Shown here: positions 6,442 to 15,995 of the stretch, piece by piece | Numbering within the stretch: position 1 is the first letter of the stretch | How the letters are laid out: each line of letters begins with the position of its first letter | NCBI GenBank assembly: GCA_030754595.1 | Contig: JASLZZ010000105.1 | Coordinates: 1 to 22,854, forward strand | From: Nitrospinota bacterium | Lineage (GTDB): Bacteria > UBA8248 | Reading direction: 5' to 3' | DNA: 22,854 nt | Notes under the pieces: generated by a model | Databases searched by the model: none | What the model was told of the DNA's origin: nothing | What the model saw: the letters and a program-made list of their open reading frames with translations, nothing else | Position numbers and translations under genes: made by a program

Positions 6442-7538
6442 GTGCCGGGCGTGAGGTTCACCAACAGGGCGCCGTCCTGGCGCGCCACGAAAATATCGTG
6501 CGCCTCCTGGTAGTTTTTGAGCGGGAACCGGTGGGTGATGTAGGGCTCAACCCGCAAGCGGCCGCCCCGAATCAGCCCGATCACCTCGTCCCCGCAATTC
6601 GGATTCGCCCGGACTCCGAAGATGTCCATCTCCTCGAGGACCACCCGCTTCCACGCGATGTCGGGTATCTCCTCGGGGATTCCGGTAAGCGCCACCCGCG
6701 AGCCCTTGCCCGCGCAGTCGATGGCCCACTGAAAGCTCGCCTTTTGTCCCGCCGTCTCGAGGACGACGTTGCCCAGCTGGCCATCCGTCATCTCCCGGAC
6801 CTGCTCCACCACGTTTCCCTCGCGGTAGCTGATCGTCTCGGCGCCCTGCCCGGCGATAATCTCGAGCCGCCGGCCCCCGCCGACGACGATGATCCTGCCC
6901 GCGCCCAGCGCCCGCGCCGACTCGAAGGCGAAAACCCCGATGGGCCCCGAGCCCAGAATGATCACGGTGTCGCCCGCGTTGATTCCGGCGCGCTTGGCCG
7001 TCCAGAGCCCGCAGGCGGCGGGATCGACCGCCGAGCCCAGCTCGAAGGACATGTCCTTGGGCATTTTGTGAAGGGCGCGGATATTGTTGGACACATACTC
7101 GGCGTAGGAGCCCTGGGAGACATGGCCGTACTGCCGGTGGCCGGTGACGGTTTTCCCGTAATTGTAGCAAAGGTTGTAGCGCCCGATGTGGCACATGCGG
7201 CAGGCGCCGCACCCGGCGTGGCTCGTCCCCGCGACATGATCCCCCATCTCGAAGCCGAAGCCCTCGGTGTGGGGGCCCATCGCCACGATGCGCCCCGCCC
7301 ACTCGTGGCCCAGAATGGCGGGAAGCTGCGGCGGCCAACGGGGAACGTGAGTTCCCTTGATGATCTCGATATCGGTTCCGCAGATCGTGGTCGATTCCAC
7401 CTTGACCAGCACCTCGCCTACCAGCGGCTCGGGAACGGGAACCTGTTTGACCTCCAGTTTTTCGGGGGCGACCATCAAGACCGCCTCCATATTGTCTTTT
7501 ACGGCCTCGCCGTAGCGAACCTCGTCCATTGCCGCCAT
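6438..7538 (-). CDS. Zinc-dependent medium-chain dehydrogenase (threonine/sorbitol dehydrogenase-like)
   Basis: ICGTD, LGHEWAG, structural Zn motif CGACRMC...C and Rossmann GSGPIG. Start uncertain (ATG 7538 or GTG 7547, with AGGAGG upstream). Confidence 0.92.
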   Translation of the reverse strand: MAAMDEVRYGEAVKDNMEAVLMVAPEKLEVKQVPVPEPLVGEVLVKVESTTICGTDIEIIKGTHVPRWPPQLPAILGHEWAGRIVAMGPHTEGFGFEMGDHVAGTSHAGCGACRMCHIGRYNLCYNYGKTVTGHRQYGHVSQGSYAEYVSNNIRALHKMPKDMSFELGSAVDPAACGLWTAKRAGINAGDTVIILGSGPIGVFAFESARALGAGRIIVVGGGRRLEIIAGQGAETISYREGNVVEQVREMTDGQLGNVVLETAGQKASFQWAIDCAGKGSRVALTGIPEEIPDIAWKRVVLEEMDIFGVRANPNCGDEVIGLIRGGRLRVEPYITHRFPLKNYQEAHDIFVARQDGALLVNLTPGT

Positions 7539-7630
7539 GAAACGCACATCCTCCTGTCATCGAAAATTGAGGCCAAGACAAATGGAATACCCGGTATTTA
7601 GGGCTATTACAAGGTCCAAACGCCCGGCGG

Positions 7631-10600
7631 TCAAGCCGAGTCCGGGAGGTCCGCGATATGCGCCTCGGGGCCACTTTGGGGGTGGTGGACATCCGCCTCC
7701 TCCCGGCTGGGCCACCTCCCCGACCATAGCCGCTGCCACAGGCGCACGATGTCGTTTCCGATCAGCGAGAACACCGGAACGAGGACCAGCGTAATGACGG
7801 TGGCGAACACAAGCCCGAAGCACAGGCTGACCGCCATGGGAATGAGAAACTGTGCCTGAAAGCTCCGCTCCAAGAGCATGGGCCCGAGCCCCGCGACGGT
7901 GGTCAGCGAGGTCAGCACAATCGGCCTCAGCCGCGAGGCCCCCGCCCGCGTCAAGGCTTCCTCGATCTTCATTCCCCGGGCGATGAAACGATTGGCGAAA
8001 TCCAGAAAAACCAGAGAATCGTTCACCACCACCCCCGACAGGGCGACGATTCCCATCAGGCTCATCATGGAGATGTCGAAACCCATGAAGATGTGCCCCC
8101 AAACCGCGCCGACGACCCCGAACGGGATGGCGCTCATGACGACGATGGGCTGAAAATAGCTCCGGAAAAGCGTCGCCAATATCAAAAAGATCACCGCCCC
8201 CGCGAACGCGTACCCCCGCATCAGACTTCCGACGGATTCCTTGCGATCCTTCGCCTGGCCCTCGAAGCGAACGCGCACACCGGGGAGCCTCCGCATCAGG
8301 CCGGGAAAAAATCCCTTCCCGAGGCTGGCGATAATTTCGGCCGAGTTCGCTATCGCTTCGTCCACCTCGGCCGTGACGGTAATCACGCGGCTCCGGTCGA
8401 TTCGCTTGATCTCAGCCAGCCCCCGTGAAATCCCGACATCGGCGACATCGTAGAAAGGAATTTCAGCCCCCGAGGGCGTGCGGATGCGGGCGCTCTCCAC
8501 GTTGCCGAGCGTCCGGCGCTCCTCGGGCGGGTAGCGGACCTTTACCTTCACATCGTCGCGCCCCCGCTGAATCCGCAGCGCCTCGAGACCGAAGAAACGG
8601 GAGCGGAGCTGAAACGCGAGGTCCTGAAGCGAGACGCCGAGCACCCTCGCCTGGGGCTTGAGTTCGGCCCGAAGCTCGAGCTTGCCGGGCCGGAAATCGT
8701 CCTCGATCTCCTGCACCCCGGGATACTTTCTCAACTCGATCTTCAAGGCCTCGGCCGCCCGGCGGAGGTCGGCCGTGCCCGGCCCCGTGAAGCGGATTTC
8801 TATCGGCTTGCCGCCGGGGTGCACCTGAGATCCGCCAAATGTCAGGCTCAGCGCATCGGGGATGGCTCCGACCTTCTCGCGCCAGCGGGATACGATCTCG
8901 GAGCTGGGGATTCCCCTGCGCTCCGCCGGAAGAAGCTCGACGATGACCTGGGCCGCGTTGCTTCCTTCCGCCTCGCTTTTATTGGGTCTTGAGACCTGCT
9001 CTCCCAAAATGGCGAAGTCGTTTTGAATGATTGGCTCTCCCGATTTGGACCGAAACTCCTTCTCCAGCGACCGGACGGCCCCTTCAATCCTCCTGGCCGC
9101 CCTGGAGGTCTGTCCGATGGGAGTCCCCTCGGGAAAAAGAACCTTCGCCTGAATGAAATCGGAATCGAAACCCGGGAAAAAAAGGAAGCGCACGTGCCCG
9201 CCCATGGTGAGCCCTATCGTCACGGAGAAAAGAACCAGGGCCACCGCGATGACCAGATAGCGGGCCTCAAGACAAAATCGAAGAAAGGGCAGATAGACCC
9301 GGCCGATCCACCAGGTGACGAAACCTTCGATCCGGGCCCGGATCCGTCCCGAAACCGATTTCTCTCGGGGCGGCCTGACCCAGTGCGCCAGATGAGTCGG
9401 GAGGATAAACAACGACTCGACCAACGAGGCCACAAGCGCGGCGATGATGACCACCGGAAGTATGGCCATGAATTTTCCAAGTGTGCCTTCGACCCAAAAC
9501 AGGGGCATGAACGCGACGATGGTGGTGGTCACGGTTCCGACGACCGGCCAGGCCACCTCGGCGGCCCCCCCGATAGCCGCCTCGAAGAAATCCTCTCCCG
9601 TCTGCATCCGGGCGTAAATGTTTTCGGCCACGACGATGGCGTCGTCCACGAGAATCCCGAGAACCATGATAAAGGCGAACATGGTGATCATATTCAACGA
9701 GCCGCCCACGAAGGTGACGAACCCCAGGGAGGCCAACAGGGAAACCGGAATGCCCACTGTCACCCAGAACGAAAGGCGGATGTTCAAAAAAAGCCAGAGG
9801 GACAAAAAGACCAGGACGAGGCCGATTCTCCCGTTCCGCAAAAGCAAGTTGAGGCGATCCAGAATCAGCCGGGAGGTATTTGCCCAGGGGGTGAGAGATA
9901 TCCCCGCGGGAAGCGTTTTCTGCTTCCGGGCGGCATAGGCATTCACCTTATCGGCGATTTGAAGGGCGTCCTCGTCTTCGGTTTTGTTGATGATGATGAG
10001 GGCGGCGTTCTTTCCGTTGAATCGGCCGGACTTGTCCGTATCCTCGAACCCGTCCACCACCCGGGCGATATCCCGCAGCCGGAGGATCGTACCGTCCGCC
10101 CGGGTGAGCATCTCGAGATTCTCGAATTCGGGGCCGGTGTAGCGCTTGCCCACCGTGCGGATGCGAATCCGTCGGTCCGAGGAGCGGATATCGCCCCCGG
10201 TCAGCTCCAGCACGTTTTTCCGGATCGTCTCGGCGAGCCTCTCGAAGGTCAGCCCGTGCCGGCGCAGGGTGGCCTCGGAGACCTCGATGGAAATCTCCCA
10301 GTTTCTCACCCCGTTGATCGCCACCTGTGAGACACCCGGCAAGGCGATCAATTCCTCCTTTATTTCCTCGGCCATCCGCTTCAGCGCCGTTTCCGGGGCG
10401 TCCCCGTAGAGGGCCAGGTTGAGGACCTGATCGATCCGCTTCACTTCCGAGATCACCGGGCGTTCGATCTCGTCGGGAAAAGTGTCGATCCGGTCCACGG
10501 CGTTCTTGATGTCGTCCATCACCGTCCGAGCATCATCCACCCACGATTCAAGCTCCGCGATGAGAGAGCAGTTGTTTTCATTCGCGGTGGACGAGATTTT

Positions 10601-10837
10601 CTTGATGCCTGTGATTCCGGCGATGGCCTCCTCGACCTTGATGCAGACGCCCTCCTCCACCTCCTCGGGGCTGGCCCCCTTCCAGGCGACGGTGACACTC
10701 ACCATATCGAGGGAAAAGGAGGGAATGATCTCGCTTTTGATTTGATAAAGGGAAATCACGCCGAGCAGGATGAGCACCGCCATCAGAAGGTTGGCGAAGA
10801 CCCGGTGGTTCGTCGTTGCGGCGATGATTCGCTTCAA
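7631..10837 (-). CDS. RND efflux permease (AcrB/AcrD/AcrF family)
   Basis: 1068 aa. GASPEEVEE, LGILVDDAIVVAENI, GVVVNDSLV and RLRPIVLTSLTT. The start overlaps the adaptor stop. Confidence 0.95.
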   Translation of the reverse strand: MKRIIAATTNHRVFANLLMAVLILLGVISLYQIKSEIIPSFSLDMVSVTVAWKGASPEEVEEGVCIKVEEAIAGITGIKKISSTANENNCSLIAELESWVDDARTVMDDIKNAVDRIDTFPDEIERPVISEVKRIDQVLNLALYGDAPETALKRMAEEIKEELIALPGVSQVAINGVRNWEISIEVSEATLRRHGLTFERLAETIRKNVLELTGGDIRSSDRRIRIRTVGKRYTGPEFENLEMLTRADGTILRLRDIARVVDGFEDTDKSGRFNGKNAALIIINKTEDEDALQIADKVNAYAARKQKTLPAGISLTPWANTSRLILDRLNLLLRNGRIGLVLVFLSLWLFLNIRLSFWVTVGIPVSLLASLGFVTFVGGSLNMITMFAFIMVLGILVDDAIVVAENIYARMQTGEDFFEAAIGGAAEVAWPVVGTVTTTIVAFMPLFWVEGTLGKFMAILPVVIIAALVASLVESLFILPTHLAHWVRPPREKSVSGRIRARIEGFVTWWIGRVYLPFLRFCLEARYLVIAVALVLFSVTIGLTMGGHVRFLFFPGFDSDFIQAKVLFPEGTPIGQTSRAARRIEGAVRSLEKEFRSKSGEPIIQNDFAILGEQVSRPNKSEAEGSNAAQVIVELLPAERRGIPSSEIVSRWREKVGAIPDALSLTFGGSQVHPGGKPIEIRFTGPGTADLRRAAEALKIELRKYPGVQEIEDDFRPGKLELRAELKPQARVLGVSLQDLAFQLRSRFFGLEALRIQRGRDDVKVKVRYPPEERRTLGNVESARIRTPSGAEIPFYDVADVGISRGLAEIKRIDRSRVITVTAEVDEAIANSAEIIASLGKGFFPGLMRRLPGVRVRFEGQAKDRKESVGSLMRGYAFAGAVIFLILATLFRSYFQPIVVMSAIPFGVVGAVWGHIFMGFDISMMSLMGIVALSGVVVNDSLVFLDFANRFIARGMKIEEALTRAGASRLRPIVLTSLTTVAGLGPMLLERSFQAQFLIPMAVSLCFGLVFATVITLVLVPVFSLIGNDIVRLWQRLWSGRWPSREEADVHHPQSGPEAHIADLPDSA

Positions 10838-12195
10838 GGCGACACGGCCCCACGGCGGTGGGCATGCGTTTTCTTCGATCCGGCGTTCCGGTCCGCGTCG
10901 GCGGCCCGAAGCTTCATGCCCTGAACCACCGCCGGAATGGCGGAAAGGATGAGGCGCTCTCCCTCGTTCACTCCGTTCCGTAAGACTGCCTCATCTTGGC
11001 CTTTGCGGATAATCTTGACCGGCCGAACGGCGAGGGCGCCGTCCGCGTAGATGTAAATATTGTCGCCCGGCCGGAGGGCGGATCGCGGAATGACGTAAAC
11101 GTCGGACAACGTGACTCCCTGGATGCCCACCTTGACGAACATTCCCACCGTGAGAGGGGGATGCTTGCCGGGAATCCATTTCCTGAAGGGCTCGGGGACC
11201 TCGACGACCATCGTGACCGCCCGGGTCGATTCGTCGAGGCCCGCCCCCACCAGGGTGACGCGGCCCTCCCACTCGAACCTCTGACCGAACCGACTCCAGT
11301 AGATCTTCGCGCTCGAGAAATACTGCTGGACCTCGTCCTGTGTCCGGGGGAACGGCTGGCCCGCTATCCGCCGGAAGGCCCACCTGGCCTCGTCAACTGG
11401 CACCGAGACGGGCACCTCCAGTACGGAGGAATCGTAGATTTTCCCGACCACGTTTCCCTCCCGGATATAGTCGCCCGTCGCCAGACTCGTGTTGCGAACC
11501 CGCGCGTCGAAGGGCGCGACGATGCGCGTACGATTCAGATCTAGCCGCGCCTCCTGGAGACGGGCGCTCGTAACATCGAGCGCGGCTTTTTTCTGGGAGA
11601 GGCTCGGCGCCACCAGCGCCAGGAGGTTCCGGATGCGCTGGACCTCCCGCTCCTGCCGGAGCACGGATTGGCGGGAAATGTCGAGTTTTCCGGGGGAGAT
11701 GATTTTTTGCCGCCTGAGCCGCTGGTTTCGCTTGAGCTCGCCCTGGACGACCTCGAGATGGCGCAGGGCGATGCGAAGGTCGGCCTGGTGGTTTCTCTCC
11801 TCCTGGACCAGGCGCTCGATATCGGCCCTGAGCTGGGCAATCTCGGCGCGCCGCCGGGCGACGGCGAGTTTGTAGTCCACCGGGTCGATCTCGAAAAGGG
11901 TGTCGCCCTTCTTGATGAAACCGCCGTCCCTGAAACCGTCCGAGCGGCTGATCACCCTTCCCGAAACCTCGGCCATGACCTTGATCTCGGTCCGGGGCCG
12001 AACGGTCCCGTAGGCGGTGACGAGGAATTTTTTCTCCTGCTTCCGGAGAACGGTGGTCCGGACGAGACGGCCCTTTTCAACGGGCTCGATCGTTTTCGCT
12101 TCGCGCGGGTTCCGGACGAGGGTGTACGTCAGGGTCCCGCCCGCCGCCAGAACGACCACCGCGGTCAGCACAAACCATTTTTGGCGCGGCTTCAT
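10834..12195 (-). CDS. RND efflux periplasmic adaptor (membrane fusion protein)
   Basis: N-terminal TM anchor, AEVSGRV...GDTLFEIDP, long coiled coil, IVAPFDA and IPRSAL. Start trimmed to MKPRQK (AGAGAGG RBS). Confidence 0.93.
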   Translation of the reverse strand: MKPRQKWFVLTAVVVLAAGGTLTYTLVRNPREAKTIEPVEKGRLVRTTVLRKQEKKFLVTAYGTVRPRTEIKVMAEVSGRVISRSDGFRDGGFIKKGDTLFEIDPVDYKLAVARRRAEIAQLRADIERLVQEERNHQADLRIALRHLEVVQGELKRNQRLRRQKIISPGKLDISRQSVLRQEREVQRIRNLLALVAPSLSQKKAALDVTSARLQEARLDLNRTRIVAPFDARVRNTSLATGDYIREGNVVGKIYDSSVLEVPVSVPVDEARWAFRRIAGQPFPRTQDEVQQYFSSAKIYWSRFGQRFEWEGRVTLVGAGLDESTRAVTMVVEVPEPFRKWIPGKHPPLTVGMFVKVGIQGVTLSDVYVIPRSALRPGDNIYIYADGALAVRPVKIIRKGQDEAVLRNGVNEGERLILSAIPAVVQGMKLRAADADRNAGSKKTHAHRRGAVSP

Positions 12196-12222
12196 GGGAA
12201 AACCTCTCTGATAAAGTGCGGC

Positions 12223-12262
12223 CAGCCGCCCAGCCGCCCAGCCGGTCAAGCCGGTCAAGCCG
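12223..12262. repeat. Short tandem 8-9 bp repeats with AGCCG core
   Basis: AGCCG at 12224, 12232, 12240, 12249 and 12258. Confidence 0.55.
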
Positions 12263-12368
12263 ACCTCCCGGTCGACTACCATTCCGGCCAGCCTCCGCTA
12301 TCATATGGGATATTGCCCGAGACTGCCCGCGGCGGAAGTAAAATCGGCCGCCAAGCCATCGGGGAGAA

Positions 12369-12398
12369 TTGACACCCCGCGCGGGGGTTGGGTAGATT
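12369..12398 (+). promoter_or_regulatory. Candidate sigma70 promoter for the MBL hydrolase
   Basis: TTGACA-N18-TAGATT, ~120 bp upstream of ATG 12517. Confidence 0.5.
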
Positions 12399-12516
12399 TC
12401 CCTCTCCGAATCCTGACATCCGGGCACAATAAAGCGCCCTTCCAGCGGTCCGCCGGGTGGTCCGGGAGGGCCTCCCCCACTTCCCCTTTCCGCAATTTAT
12501 TCCAAGGAGACCGAAA

Positions 12517-13227
12517 ATGGGCGCGACTCTCACCTATCACGGGCAATCCACGTTTTTGGTAGAAACCGGCGGGGGCCGGACCATCTACATCGACCCCTGG
12601 CTCCAGGCGAACCCCGTCTGCCCCGAGGAGCTGAAATCGCCGCGCAAGGCCGACCTCATCTGCCTCACCCACGGCCACGGAGACCACACCGGCGACATCA
12701 TGGCCGTATTCAACGAAAACCCCTGCCCCGTCGCCGGGCACATGGACCTCGTCCGCGCCCTGGGCCGCGCCCACGAGGCCCTAAAAGACCATCTCACACC
12801 CGTGGGAAAGGGGGGAACCGTCGATCTCGGCGGCATCCAGCTCACCATGACCCACGCCATCCACGGCTCGAGCTACGGCCCCGACGGCGTTTACGCCGGC
12901 GAACCCTGCGGCCTGATCCTCACCTTCGAGGACGGCAAGCGCATCTACCACGCTGGCGACACCTGCCTTTTCAGCGACATGAAGCTCATCGGCGAGCTCT
13001 GGGAGCCAGACCTGTGCTTCCTGCCCATCGGCGACCGCGCCACGATGGGCCCGGCCCACGCCGCCATCGCCGTCAGTTATCTAAACGCCAAGCGCGTCGT
13101 CCCCGTCCACCACTCCTCGCTCCCCTTCCTCACCGGCAAGCCCGAGGATTTCGCCGCCGAAGTCGCAAAGCGAAGCCCGGACACCGAGGTGATCACTCTC
13201 AAGCCCGGCGAGACGGTTTCGGTTTAG
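12517..13227 (+). CDS. Metal-dependent hydrolase, MBL fold (UPF0173-like)
   Basis: IYIDPW, THGHGDH, HAIHGSS, YHAGDT, LPIGD and PVHH. AAGGAG RBS before MGATL. Confidence 0.92.
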   Translation: MGATLTYHGQSTFLVETGGGRTIYIDPWLQANPVCPEELKSPRKADLICLTHGHGDHTGDIMAVFNENPCPVAGHMDLVRALGRAHEALKDHLTPVGKGGTVDLGGIQLTMTHAIHGSSYGPDGVYAGEPCGLILTFEDGKRIYHAGDTCLFSDMKLIGELWEPDLCFLPIGDRATMGPAHAAIAVSYLNAKRVVPVHHSSLPFLTGKPEDFAAEVAKRSPDTEVITLKPGETVSV

Positions 13228-13244
13228 CTGTCCGATTTTTTTCT

Positions 13245-13304
13245 AAAATCCTCCCTCACCCCAACCCTCCCGACGGGAGAGGGACGGGGCGTGGGGGGGA
13301 TTTT
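13245..13304. repeat. BoxC-like palindromic intergenic element between convergent genes
   Basis: AAAATCCTCCCTCACCCCAACCCTCCCGACGGGAGAGGGACGGGGCGTGGGGGGGATTTT: a nested imperfect inverted repeat containing CCCTCACCCCAACCCTC...GGGAGAGGG. Confidence 0.55.
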
Positions 13305-13365
13305 CGCTTGTGCGCTATCGAATTTCAGGGAGGGTGGAGGATAAACGAGGGATCGAAAATCCCTT

Positions 13366-13809
13366 CTACACCTTGGGCCGCTCGATGAACTCAAGGGTGT
13401 TGCCGTCAAGGTCCTCGAGGTAGATGACGAGGCCCCCCTTGTTCGCCCCCTCGGTGATGGGGATGGGCTCCGAGATCAGCCTGACGCCCCTGGCCGTGAG
13501 GTCGGCGTGCGTTTCCCTTAAATTTTCCACGTTGTAGGCGACGTGGGCGCTGCCGACGTTGTTCGTCGCCGAATCGATCTTTGCGCCCTTCGACTGGGTG
13601 TACTCGATCAGCTCGATGGCGTAGCCGCCGCCCTTGACGTAGATGATGTGGAGCGCAGCGCCGGGGATTCCCGTCACGGCCTCGCAGTAGCCCTGCGGGC
13701 GGTGCATGTCGCTCATCACCTCGAAGCCCAAGTTTTCGCAGTACCATTTCGCCGCCGCGTCGACATCGGCCACGGTGAAGCTCGTATGATTAATCTCGAT
13801 CAGTCCCAT
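13366..13809 (-). CDS. VOC (glyoxalase/bleomycin resistance/dioxygenase) family protein
   Basis: INHTSFTVAD...IELIEY...HVAYNVEN...EDLDGNTLEFIE. The real start is MGLIE (GGGAG RBS); the ORF-track N-terminal extension overlaps E1 beta. Confidence 0.9.
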   Translation of the reverse strand: MGLIEINHTSFTVADVDAAAKWYCENLGFEVMSDMHRPQGYCEAVTGIPGAALHIIYVKGGGYAIELIEYTQSKGAKIDSATNNVGSAHVAYNVENLRETHADLTARGVRLISEPIPITEGANKGGLVIYLEDLDGNTLEFIERPKV

Positions 13810-13841
13810 GCGCGATCTCCCGATGATTTCATTTTTAAAGC

Positions 13842-13869
13842 AAAAAGGGCGGAGCTCAGGCCCCGCCCT
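13842..13869 (-). terminator. Rho-independent terminator after E1 beta
   Basis: Minus strand AGGGCGGGGC-CTGA-GCTCCGCCCT-TTTT. Confidence 0.8.
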
Positions 13870-13888
13870 CGATGAGTCCCTGACCGGA

Positions 13889-14869
13889 TCAGGCGATGAC
13901 GCCGAGCGCTTTCTTCGCCGCCTCGACGACGTTGCCCTCGTTCGGGAGGACGTAGTCCTCAAGTTCCACCTCAAAGGGTATCGGCGCGTTGAGAGCCGCC
14001 ACCCGCCCGATCGGCGCGTCGAGATAGTCGAAGGCCTCCTCCTGAATCGCGGCGGCGATCTCGGCGCCGACCCCGCTCCTGAGGTGCCCCTCCTCGACGA
14101 TGACGCAGCGGTTTGTCTTGCGGACGGACTCGGCCAGCGTCGCCGTGTCGAGCGGAGCGACAGTCCTCGGGTCCACGACCTCGGCGCTGATGCCCTCGCC
14201 GGCCAGCCTGTCCGCGGCGCGGAGGCAATTTTGCACCTGATAGCCGACCCCGATGAGGGTGATGTCACTGCCCTCGCGCTTCACGGCCGCCTGCCCGAAG
14301 GGGACGATGTGATCGCCATCGGGTACGGGGCCCTTCGTCTTGTAAAGCATCTTGTGCTCGCAGAAGAACACCGGGTTATCGTCCCGGATGGCCGCCTTGA
14401 GAAGGCCCTTGGCGTCCGCCGGGTCGCTCGGGCAGGCCACCTTGAGGCCGGGGACCTGCATGAACCAGGCCTCGAGCACCTGAGAGTGCGTCGGGCCGTA
14501 CTGCACACCCCCGCCGCCCGGGGTGCGCACGACGAGCGGAATGCAGATCTGACCGCCCAGCATGTAGCGCAGCTTCGCCGCCTGATTCACAAGGGGGTCC
14601 ATCGCCAGCATGACGAAATCCATGAACATGATTTCGATCACCGGGCGGTAGCCGGCCATCGCCGCGCCGACGCCCGCGCCGACGAAGCCGAGCTCGCTGA
14701 TCGGCGTGTCGCGCACCCGAGAGGCACCGAATTTATCCATCAGGCCCTTCGTGACACCGAAGACGTAGGCGAGCTCGACATCCTCGCCCAGGCAAATCAC
14801 TTTCTTGTCGTGTTCCATCTCCTCGTGGAGCGCTTCGTTCAGGGCGTCCACATAACTGATTTCGCGCAT
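13889..14869 (-). CDS. TPP-dependent 2-oxoacid/acetoin dehydrogenase E1 beta subunit
   Basis: LGEDV, RVRDTPISE, EIMFMDF, GPTHSQ, DAKGLLKAAIRDDNPV and DPRTVAPLD. Confidence 0.95.
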   Translation of the reverse strand: MREISYVDALNEALHEEMEHDKKVICLGEDVELAYVFGVTKGLMDKFGASRVRDTPISELGFVGAGVGAAMAGYRPVIEIMFMDFVMLAMDPLVNQAAKLRYMLGGQICIPLVVRTPGGGGVQYGPTHSQVLEAWFMQVPGLKVACPSDPADAKGLLKAAIRDDNPVFFCEHKMLYKTKGPVPDGDHIVPFGQAAVKREGSDITLIGVGYQVQNCLRAADRLAGEGISAEVVDPRTVAPLDTATLAESVRKTNRCVIVEEGHLRSGVGAEIAAAIQEEAFDYLDAPIGRVAALNAPIPFEVELEDYVLPNEGNVVEAAKKALGVIA

Positions 14870-14887
14870 GAGCTAATCTCCCGCCTC

Positions 14888-15856
14888 TCAGGCGTATACG
14901 TCTTCGAGGGCCGACTCCGGCGTGGCCTTCGGAGAGTTTTGTGCAAACTCGGACGCCGCTACCATCTCGTCGCCCACGGCTTTTTGATGGGCTTTTTTCT
15001 CGGCCTTGGTCATTTTGAGAAGTTTTTCCGCCAGGAGGAGCGGGTCGCGCTTTCTCCACTCTTTCACCTCGCTCTCCGTCCGGTAGGGGCCGAAATGGGG
15101 GTCCCCCCGCGAGTGGCCGTAGAAGCGGTAGGTCTTCGCCTCGATGAGGGAGGGTCCTTCACCCTTCCGGGCCCGCTCGACGGCCTCGCGCGTCGCCTCG
15201 TGGACCGCCACCACGTCCATGCCGTCCACGGTGACGCCGGGAGCGTTGTAGCCCTGGGAGCGGGTAGAAATATCCTCGACCGCGGTGGAGCGCCCGACGC
15301 CGAAGCTCACGGCATAGCCGTTGTTCTCGCAAAAGAAAATGACGGGCAGCTTCCAGATGGAGCACATATTCATCGATTCGTGAAAGCTGCCCTGGTTCGA
15401 GGCCCCGTCGCCGAAGAACACGACGGCGACCTGCCCCTTGCCCTCGATCTGGTAGGCGAGGCCCATGCCGGCGGCCATGGGCATGTTGGCTCCCACGATG
15501 GAGTGCGCCCCGTAGTGGCCCATCGAGACGTCGGCGATGTGCATCGAGCCGCCCTTGGCCCGGCAGAGCCCGTTCGATTTGCCCAGCAACTCGGCCATCA
15601 TTTCGTTGAGCCGGGTGCCCTTGGCGATGGAATGGCCGTGGCCCCGATGGGTGGTCAGGATTGCGTCGTCCCTGTTCAGGTCGCTACAAGCTCCCACAGA
15701 GCAGGCCTCCTGACCTATGCTCACGTGGACGGCGCCCTTGATCAAACCCGCCATGAAGAGTTCGTCCGCCTTCTCCTCGAAGCGGCGGATGCGGAGCATA
15801 TCGCGGTACATTTCATGAAGGCGTTTTTTCGAAAGTGATTTCGCCTTTTTCGCCAC
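14888..15856 (-). CDS. TPP-dependent 2-oxoacid/acetoin dehydrogenase E1 alpha subunit
   Basis: IGQEA, THRGHGH, KGGSMH, FGDGASNQG...ENN (TPP motif) and TYRFYGH. GTG start with GGAGG RBS. Confidence 0.95.
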   Translation of the reverse strand: MAKKAKSLSKKRLHEMYRDMLRIRRFEEKADELFMAGLIKGAVHVSIGQEACSVGACSDLNRDDAILTTHRGHGHSIAKGTRLNEMMAELLGKSNGLCRAKGGSMHIADVSMGHYGAHSIVGANMPMAAGMGLAYQIEGKGQVAVVFFGDGASNQGSFHESMNMCSIWKLPVIFFCENNGYAVSFGVGRSTAVEDISTRSQGYNAPGVTVDGMDVVAVHEATREAVERARKGEGPSLIEAKTYRFYGHSRGDPHFGPYRTESEVKEWRKRDPLLLAEKLLKMTKAEKKAHQKAVGDEMVAASEFAQNSPKATPESALEDVYA

Positions 15857-15995
15857 AGCGCTTCCTCCAGGGGATCGCCCCAATCGGTTCGAATCGTCGG
15901 AATCTCGATATAATTATAGCTATCACAGGGATTCGGCCCGTTCAACGGCCGGCGGGCGATTCGCCGGCCAAACGGGATGGAAAGAGATCCGGACC

